The position numbers were made by a program, and so were the translations under genes. Below, one piece after another: positions 28,835-36,742 of a stretch of DNA of 64,000 nt; the stretch's first letter is position 1; each line of letters starts with the position of its first letter. The stretch lies in NCBI GenBank assembly GCA_963828635.1, contig CAWHFA010000001.1, positions 75,030-139,029 of the forward strand. The letters are read 5' to 3'. The notes beneath the pieces are model-generated. The model saw nothing but the letters and a program-made list of their open reading frames with translations, had not been told where the DNA came from and did no database searches. The DNA is from an uncultured Acidobacteriaceae bacterium. GTDB lineage: Bacteria; Acidobacteriota; Terriglobia; Terriglobales; Acidobacteriaceae.

Positions 28835-30673
28835 CAAGGATTCAGCTCGTGATTGGTGAAAATGAATTTGCCGCCGCTGCGGGTGAGAAGGTATCGCGAC
28901 GCGTCATGAAGTTCCGGGGGGTTTTCCTGGTCGCTCCAGAGGTAAACGATTTGCGGTCCGGACCACAGAGGCGCGAACGACGCGTCGGTCTCGAAGACAC
29001 GGGGGGCGTCGGGAAATTTCGATCCATACCAGAGGTTGCCCGCGGGTTCGTGGAGGACGTGGACTGGAACACCGATGTAGAAATTCAGAGGTTGAAGCTT
29101 CATCGTAGCGGCCGTCGATGACGATTAATTCGCCAGGGCGATAATGCTGTTTTATAGCGAAAGCGAGTTCGCTCGACGAGAGGATTGGGGAGAAGGTTGC
29201 GAATGCAGAGTGCACGCAAGTCAGCAGGGCAATCATCATCACGGCGAGAGCGAGATTTCCCCACTTCGGGCTTGCTTTGCTTCCTGAAAAACCAATTGAC
29301 CGCGGAGCCAAGCAAGAGCGAGAGCATTGCGCCGATCAAGGGAGCACGAAAGGCGCCGAGGGCTGGGGGCGTGAGATCAAGAAAATGTCCTAGCGACAAG
29401 TCATATTCTTGCGGATTCTTCTTAAGTAAATCTGCGAGATCCGTTCCCGGAGCGGGGGCTTGTGATGATGCGAGCAGGGTAAGAGCGATAGCGGCGCCGA
29501 TGATGGCAATGAGCTAGCAAAACTGACGCGGAAATTCTTCCCGCGCGCAAGGTGCCTGACGTTGCATCGGGTGAAGATTCGTGGGTCAGCCATCCTCCAA
29601 TGAGCAGTGCCAGTCCGGGAAGCGCGGGAATGGTGTAATACTCTTGCCGGGTTGAGAAGCTAAAGAATCCGACAATCACCAGGGCCCATAAGACGAAAAG
29701 CAAATTGGCTTGTCTGCGGATATCGAGTTTAGTTTTGAACTCCCGCCAAGACGGAAGCTCTTTTAGCGCTTGCGGCAAAAACATTGCCCATGGCACCAGC
29801 CATACGAGCAATAAAGCCCAGAAAATCAGTAAACGGAACGGTGTCGTATCCCGGGGGCACGCGCTTATTAACGTAGCGCAGGAATTGTTCGTTGACGAAG
29901 TAGAACCAAAGAAATCCCCGCGCCGCTCCTTGAGCGGGATTTCGCACAGCCGCCAAAATATGCCAAGGCGCGGCGATCAATAGAAAGACAGCGAAACTCG
30001 AGATCAACCGCATCTTTAGCAAGTGCCTCAGGTTTCTGGTAACGAGTAGAAAAAGGAAAACGGTTGCGAGGGGGAACACTAGACCTATGAGGCTCTTGGT
30101 CAGCACGCTTAAAGCGCAGGCTGCGGAGAATCCCCAACAGCTCAATCGCGATGGTTGTTCCTCGCGCAATGATCGCAGAAAGAAATAAAATCCTGAGGCT
30201 AGCCAAAGCCCAACCACCACGTCGGGGATCTGAAAGCGGGTATAAATGTACGGGCCAACCGCGGTTGCCATGACTACTGCGGAATACAGGCCTCCCAGTT
30301 CTCCATAGGCCTTCTTCCCCAGTTTGTACGTCACAAGAAAAAGCGCGAGTGCTCCCAGCATGAGAGGCAAGCGCGTGCTCCAATCGCTGACGCCGAAGAT
30401 GGTGTAACTGGCAGCGACTGCCCAATACATGAGCGGAGCCTTTTCCAAGTAGCGAATTCCGTCAGTGTAGAGAGTGACCCAATCGTGGCGAAGGACCATC
30501 TCTCGCGCGGCTTCGGCGTGGATGGTGTCAACGTCATCGAGCAAATGGGGAGTGAAGATTCCGGCAAAATAAATTGCCAACCATAGAAGGAAAATTATTG
30601 AGAGAGAGATTACTGGGCGGAGATTGCTAGCTCTAGTCGCAACGCGGTCCAAGGAAGGAGGGGCCTGAATCAT
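28834..30673 (-). pseudogene. GT39-family (ArnT/PMT-like) membrane glycosyltransferase, split by four frame breaks
   Basis: Five ORF pieces (29729..30673, 29422..29811, 29100..29399, 28904..29311, 28834..29103) read colinearly as one multi-TM protein of about 610 aa. Junctions lie near 29828 ('YDTVPF|IFWALLLVWLVPW'), 29510 ('SVLLA|IAIIGAAIA'), 29260 (gggg run, 'KPEV|GNLALAVMM') and 29090. No internal stop occurs in the used frames. Confidence 0.7.
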
Positions 30674-30714
30674 GCATTATTCCGCACTGATTATACGGGA
30701 TGGAATGATTGCGA

Positions 30715-32313
30715 CTAGTTGCTTGCGGAGGCCGCGGCCCTTGCTGCGGAATTCACTTCGATGACGGCCCTGATTTTGCGGGCGAGAGTTTTCAGGGAGA
30801 ATGGCTTTTGCAGGAAGCTGGTGGAGATATCGATGGATCCCTGGCGCAGGACGGTTTCTTCCGCGTATCCGGAGACGAAGAGTACTTTTAGATTGGGCCT
30901 CGAAGTTTGCAATTGCTCGGCAAGCTTGGTGCCGCCCATATGGGGCATGACCACATCGGTGATCATCAAGTCAATTTTGCCTTTAAAGTTCTGCGGCCAG
31001 GTGAAGGGCATCTTCTCCATCGGAGGCTTCGAGCACGATGTATCCGTTCAGCAGAAGAAATTCTTGTTCGGATTGCCTAACGGCAGGCTCGTCTTCCACC
31101 AGGAGGATGGTTTCGCAGCCGCGGGCTGCGGATTCTCTGCGACGAGAACGAGCGGAACTTCTCCGCTTTCGGTGGGGACATCGGGCAAATAAATTTTGAA
31201 AGTTGTTCCGAGGCCGGGCTCGCTGTACACCCATACAAAACCTCCGCTTTGCTTGATGATGCCGTAGACGGTGGCCAGTCCGAGGCCGGTGCCTTTGCTC
31301 TCTTCTTTGGTGGAATAGAAAGGTTCGAAAATATGCGGAAGATGTTGGGGAGCGATGCCTAGGCCAGAGTCGGTTACTGTCAGCAAGATATAGTTTCCGG
31401 CGGGGACCGCAGCATGTTTTTGTATATAAGCTTCGTCGAGGCGGATGGCGGCGGTTTCGATGGTTAACTTGCCCCCATCGGGCATGGCATCGCGGGCGTT
31501 GCCGGCGAGGTTCATTAACACCTGTTCAATTTGAACTGGATCGGCCCTCACGATTCCAAGCTTTTTGCCCGGGACGAATATGAATTCGATGTCTTCGCCA
31601 ATCATGCGCAGCAACATGCGGCTGATTTCGTGGATAGTGGAGTTCAGGTCGAGAAGTTGAAGGGTCTGCACCTGCTTGCGTCCGAAGACGAAAAGTTGCC
31701 GCGTGAGGTCGGCGGCGCGGCGAGATGCGCCCATGATTTCCTGCACGTTACGCCGCAGCGGATGCCTGGCGCTCAAGGTATCGAGCATGAGTTCCGCGTA
31801 AGAGCTGATGACCATCAGAAGATTATTAAAGTCGTGGGCGACGCCGCCAGCCAACGGCCGATGGCGTCCATTTTGTGGGCTTGCTGGAGTTGGACTTCGA
31901 GCCTGAGCCGCTCGGTGATGTCGCGATCGGTGCAGATGAAATGGGTAATTTTTCCGGCAGTGTCCCGCAGAGGGGTGATTGTCTTTTCGACTGAAAACGG
32001 TTCGCCGTTGCGTTTCTTATTGGTCACATCCCCACGAAAGGTGTTGCCCAATAGGACGGTCTTCCACATTTGTTCGGAGAGTTCCAAGAGGCTCGGTATC
32101 GGAACGGAAAATGCTGAGAGGCTTTCCCAGAGCTTGAGCCTTGGAGTATCCCGTGAGGTTCTCGAAGCCGGGATTCACGTATTCGATGATTCCGAGGGCG
32201 TTGGTGATGGCGACGGGATCGACGGATTGTTCGATGGCGTGCCAGAGCTTGCGCAATAACGTCGCCGGTTTTGTTCGGGGGAAGGGCTGACTGGCGGGTT
32301 TTGGGCGAGGCAT
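30715..32313 (-). pseudogene. Hybrid sensor histidine kinase (PAS-HisKA-HATPase-REC), split by four frame breaks
   Basis: Pieces 32017..32517 (PAS, likely start ATG 32313), 31815..32087, 31048..31854 and 30983..31234 plus 30715..31020 (REC 'ILLVEDEPAVR', 'IDLMITDVVMPHMGG'). The 31048..31854 piece carries H-box 'GGVAHDFNNLL' and G-boxes 'DSGLGI' and 'GTGLGLA'. Junctions lie near 32087, 31853, about 31130 and 30989. Confidence 0.7.
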
Positions 32314-32522
32314 TTTTGTTTGCCAGCGGAGACGTTTATCGAACTTTTTGGGGGGCGCATCGCACGGGCACCTGAATGACCCATCGGTGGTTTTCGAGCG
32401 GGAGGCCGTACTGCAAGCGCGATCGGTTAACATTTGGGTTAATTGGTTTTTCCGCCGAAGGGAATAGGACTGTTTTGGGAAGCTAATAGGGGAGGGGCCG
32501 GATTGAGCATTACTCAAGAAAA

Positions 32523-32551
32523 GACAGCCGGGGTGCGGCTGTCCCTACGTG
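32523..32551 (+). repeat. REP-like GC hairpin, copy A ('gacagccg gggtg cggctgtc cctacg')
   Basis: 8-bp perfect stem followed by 'cctacg'. A near-identical copy with the same stem and 3' tail lies at 44621-44648. Confidence 0.6.
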
Positions 32552-32592
32552 ATCTGCACACGTGGGGCGGGGCACTGGCTAAGGTTGCGATT

Positions 32593-32618
32593 GAGGCCGC
32601 ACGGGTTTATGCGGCCTC
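32593..32618 (-). terminator. Stem-loop (8-bp GC-rich stem, 10-nt loop) 10 nt downstream of the skp stop
   Basis: 'gaggccgc acgggtttat gcggcctc'. No U-tract follows it on the minus strand, so it is only a candidate terminator or stabiliser. Confidence 0.35.
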
Positions 32619-32628
32619 AAAAGGAAGA

Positions 32629-33337
32629 TTATTTCGGTGGAGTGGTCGGGGTGGTGGGCTTGGTCGCTGGTTTGGTAGCAGGCCGGGATGCGGCCCCGCT
32701 GGGACGGCTGGCGGCTCCCGCGGGCCTGGCTGGGGCAGGTACACCAGATTGGGCGTTATAGGCTTCGACAACCGCCTTGGTTACGTCCACTGTGCCGTTT
32801 TGCCAAAATACCGGACCGTTCGGCCAAGGGCTCGAGGTGTCTACGAGAATACCGAAGCCATTGTCGGCGGCATACTTGCCGATCATGGGAGCCATTTTTT
32901 GCAAAATACGTTGCGCGATTTCGTTCTGCTGATTTTGCGCGTCGTCACGGGCATCTTGTACTGAACGCTCGAGAGATTTTTGCTTTTGCTCTATTTGCTT
33001 CACCAAAGTACCGCGAGCTTCGTCGTTCAGCTTGGGTCCTTGATCGGTTAGTTGCTTTTTTAGGCTTTCGACCTGGTCGTTCTCGCCCTTCAATTCCGTC
33101 TGCTTGGGTTCCAGCTTCTTGCTGAGTGCTTCAAAGTCGCGCTGGCCTTCGTTGCTGGCAAAAATTGCCTGCTCGATGTTGACGGTTCCGATTTTGCTTC
33201 CGGTTCCGGCGGTAGGCGTGGAACTTGCGGCGCTTGGGGCGGAGGGAAGCGCGGCGGCGGCATCGGCGGTTTGAGCGAAGTGAGAATGAAAGTGCAATTG
33301 TTACAACAGGGAGAAATTTTACAAGCTTGCTTGTCAT
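32629..33337 (-). pseudogene. skp: Periplasmic chaperone Skp/OmpH, with the signal peptide in a different frame from the mature part
   Basis: ORF 33131..33337 begins 'MTSKLVKFLPVVTIALSFSL' (signal peptide). ORF 32629..33297 continues 'FAQTADAAAAL...' with the coiled-coil OmpH body and a Pro/Ala/Thr-rich tail. The junction lies near 33275-33300. It is downstream of bamA, as in many bacteria. Confidence 0.7.
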
Positions 33338-33504
33338 TGAATGTTTTGTGCTCCTTGGAAAATTATGCCTGGACTGGCTCAGGCTCTCTTGTAAGCGATC
33401 CGGCTCAATTGTTTATTGAGACGATCGCAATCTGGGACTTTCGTCAACCAATCGAAGCGGGCCAATATGCCCGCATAGCCAGTTCTTAGGGTAGACAGCC
33501 TGCA

Positions 33505-33533
33505 TTATAGGTTCGGAAATCATTCGCCGTCAA
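33505..33533 (-). promoter_or_regulatory. Near-consensus sigma70 promoter TTGACG-N17-TATAAT on the minus strand, upstream of skp
   Basis: The reverse complement of 33528-33533 is TTGACG and that of 33505-33510 is TATAAT, with a 17-nt spacer. It lies about 165 nt upstream of the skp ATG (33337). Confidence 0.45.
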
Positions 33534-33621
33534 ACGGGAGTCAGTTCTTGCAGCGACGATCAAATCGTTGTCTGCGTCGAGAGACTGATTTTTGATCTTT
33601 TTGAACTCTAGCGCACACGCT

Positions 33622-33696
33622 GGGAGGGGCACGACTTCAGTCGTGCCGACAAGGCTCATCCGCGCTTTGCGGCATGACTGAAGTCGTGCCCTTCCC
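33622..33696. repeat. Nested inverted-repeat element (21-bp arms, one mismatch, plus an internal 20-bp palindrome) just downstream of bamA
   Basis: 'gggaggggcacgacttcagtc' (33622-33642) pairs with 'gactgaagtcgtgcccttccc' (33676-33696). 'ggcacgacttcagtcgtgcc' is itself palindromic. The element resembles a REP or MITE-like intergenic element. Confidence 0.6.
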
Positions 33697-33723
33697 GTTC
33701 AGTGTGACAGGTGCGTTGTTAGG

Positions 33724-36698
33724 TTAGAACGTGGTTGCAACGGTGAAGCGGAAAGTCTTGCGGGGCTCGCGTAGTTGGTATTTGGGGGAATAAGCGTTTC
33801 GGGTGAGTTGAAAGGTGTAATCTCCCGCCGCACCGGCGGGGAACATGGCCCTGGTGATCGGGACTGGTGAGTTGACGGTGGTGTCGAGCCGCATGGGGTT
33901 ATATGCGTAATAGATCCGGAATGGCGCGTTGACCACGGGCAAGAACATCTGTAACTCCAGGCCAGTGGACATGCGCGGGAGTCCAATTCGTGTTCCCCGC
34001 GGCGGTTAGGTACTGGGAAAAGGTTGGGATAGATGAATTCGGGGTGCCGGGCAACTGACCTCCTACGCAATTTCCAGCAATGTCTTGAGTGGGGCATCCG
34101 AATAAAGTGTTGTTGATTGAGGTCAACTGGCCCGAATTGATGCGCAGGGCGGACTTGCGAAGAATGGGATCGATTCCCATGTCGAGGAATGGCGCCAATG
34201 CAACTGGGCCGGCGATGGTGATTCTGTATTCAATATTGCCGACGAGGCTGGCATCGCCGCCGGGGAAGGTGATTTGCTCGACGGGCACCTGAATGTTGTA
34301 TCCGCCTCGCAACGGATTGGCCGGATCTTTGGGAACGATGGTTCCATCCGGATTTCTCAACTGCACGGTGGTCAAGGTGGGTAAGAAGGCCACCGGGGAG
34401 ACGGAACGCACATCGAAACCGCGCAGATCGTTTTCTCCACCCATGTAGAAGCGTTCAAAGGGAGGAGGAACTAAACCGCCATAACCAGTGAGGAAAGAGC
34501 CCTGGATACGGTATCCGACGGTATTGCGGCGGTTCTGCACGGGGATAAACTGTTTGTATTCGAAGACGGGACGGATGGTGCGAACGGTTCCGCCGAGTCC
34601 GGCGACTTCGCCGCCGAAATAAATACTGCTGCCGCTATGGGGCGAGATTCCACTATCGAGTTTGTTCTCGGAAAAGCTAGGAACGATTTTGCTGGTGATG
34701 ATTCCGTTCAGAGCGTTGGGGCCACTCACTCCGCTAAATGCGAGATACGAAAATAGAGACTTGGATGCAGTGGTAAGCGCTACCAGCGACGAGATGTCGT
34801 AGGAGTAGCTGATTCCCACGCGCTTAAATGAACGATGCAAAGGATAGTTCAGAGACAGACTGAATCCCTTGCTTGACTGGCTGTAATTTTGCAGATTTTG
34901 CAAATAGGCGGAAGGGAGATTTACCTGTTGGCCAGTGAAGATCGCAGTTTGCCGAGCTTGATCATATGTGTATTTGCGGCCGTAAACGGTGAATCCAAGT
35001 TGAAGAGGCTTGATCGAACAGATAGGGCTCGGTGAAGCCGAACATAATGTTGCGTTCCAGGCTTCCGATATCAGCGGACACCGAGAGAGTTTCGCCAAGC
35101 CCCAGGAAATTGTTGGTGGCATAACTGAGACCGACGAAAGTTCCGGAGAGCCCGCTGACGCCACCTGTGAGACCGATGCTATTTTTGCCCTTCTCTCTTA
35201 CTTTTAGGGTGAGATCGACGGTGCCTTCTTTTTCGTCTAGATGGCGCTCGGTCACGTCGGGGTCGTCGGGTTTGAGTTGGTCGAAGTAGCCTAGTTGATT
35301 GAGGCGCAGGAGGCTCTGCTCCCAAAGGTTCTGGTTGTAAACCTGGCCTTCTTCGAGGGCGATTTCGCGGCGTATAACCTTGTCTCTGGTGGTGGTGTTC
35401 CCGGTGAACTCGATACGGCGGACGGTGAATTGCTTGCCCTCGTCCACGTCAATGTCGAAATAAATGAGCTTTTTGGCCTCATCCGGACGCGGTTGTGGAA
35501 TGGATGTGAAGTTGATGTAGCCGAATTGTCCGTAGGCTTTGCGGAGGCTTTCCAGACCCTTGGCAATTTTGCTGCGGTCAAAAATGTCGCCGTCTTTGAT
35601 GGGAAAGAGGCCGCGCAATCCTTTGACGTTGGTTATGGCTTTGTTGTTTTTGAAGGTGATGCCGCCGAGGCGGTATCGTTCGCCTTCTTGAATGGGGAGC
35701 GTGATGTCGACGGCCTTGCCTTCCTTACTCTGAAGGAAGGGAACTCGCAATCCACTGTGGCCAGTGTCGCTGATGTGCGTGGTGGGGGTCTGTACGACGG
35801 CGGTGAAGTAGCCTAAATTCTGGAGTTGTTCGCGGACGCGCTCGGAGTCTTCGTCGAGTTTGGTGGCGTCGTAGGTCTTGGAAAATAGATTTTCTAGAAA
35901 GATGGAATGGGGAACGCCGATCGGCTTCAGATTCTTCATGGCGCTACGCAGCACCCGGCTCTTTACGTTCTTGTTGCCTTCGAAAATGATTTTGCCGACT
36001 TTTACTTTGGGTCCTTCTTTGATCACGAAGGTCAGGGCCACAGCCGCCGGAGGAATCGGTCGCACCTCGGTGCGCACGGTGGCAAACTGGCGTCCGTGCT
36101 CAGCGAGCAGATCACGGATCGTAACTTCGGCTTTCTTTACTTTCGTGGGATCGTACTGACTCTCTGGGGATAGGCCGACTTTGGCTAGTTTGAACCGGTC
36201 GAGCACATCGCTTTTGGAGACCGAATTGAGTCCTGCGTACTCGATCTCTCGAATCGTGGGGCGTTCTTTGACGTAGATGTGGAGCCGCCAGCCTTTGGGA
36301 GTCTGCTCGCGCTCGAAACGAATGTCTTCGAAGTATCCGGTATTCCAAAGGGCGTTGAAGTCGCGCTCGATGGCGGCTTGATCGTAAACATCTCCTGGGC
36401 GGGAAAAAATTCTGGCTTTAATGCTGTCGCCGGGAATGCGACGGTTGCCATGAGTCTGGATGTCAACGATAACGTCCTGCTGGGTCACGGCAGAGGCGAC
36501 CAGCATAACTATCAAGAGAAGTAGTCCGGCAATCCGGCGGATCAGGGATGTAGAACCGTCGGGAAAAGATGGCGATGCCGAGGGGTCAACGGCGGGAAAT
36601 AGACAGGGACCCGGGCCGCCCTCAGCCGGGGCAGAAATTTCCTGACGAATGCGATGAATCGCTAAGACCTCAGCTTGATGGAGTATGGAAAACCGCAA
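33724..36698 (-). pseudogene. bamA: Outer-membrane protein assembly factor BamA, split by two frame breaks
   Basis: ORF 34962..36698 holds the POTRA repeats ('GNRRIPGDSIKARI', 'YVKERPTIREIEYAGL'). ORF 33899..35164 holds the barrel. ORF 33724..33972 holds the barrel end 'RIYYAYNP...FRFTVATTF'. Junctions lie near 35012 ('EPYLFD|KPLQLGFTVYG') and 33995-34005 ('YLTAA|RGTRIGLPRMSTGLE'). The true start upstream of 'IAGLLLLIVMLVASA' is uncertain. Confidence 0.8.
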
Positions 36699-36742
36699 TT
36701 ATACGGTAGTGCGGTGGAGAGCGTCCAAGCAGCGTGTCATTT

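Noticed and set aside
27643-36698. Programmed ribosomal frameshifting as an explanation for the frame breaks
   Set aside because: There are sixteen sites in unrelated genes. None has a shared slippery heptamer or a downstream stimulatory structure that I can see. The junction contexts are heterogeneous.
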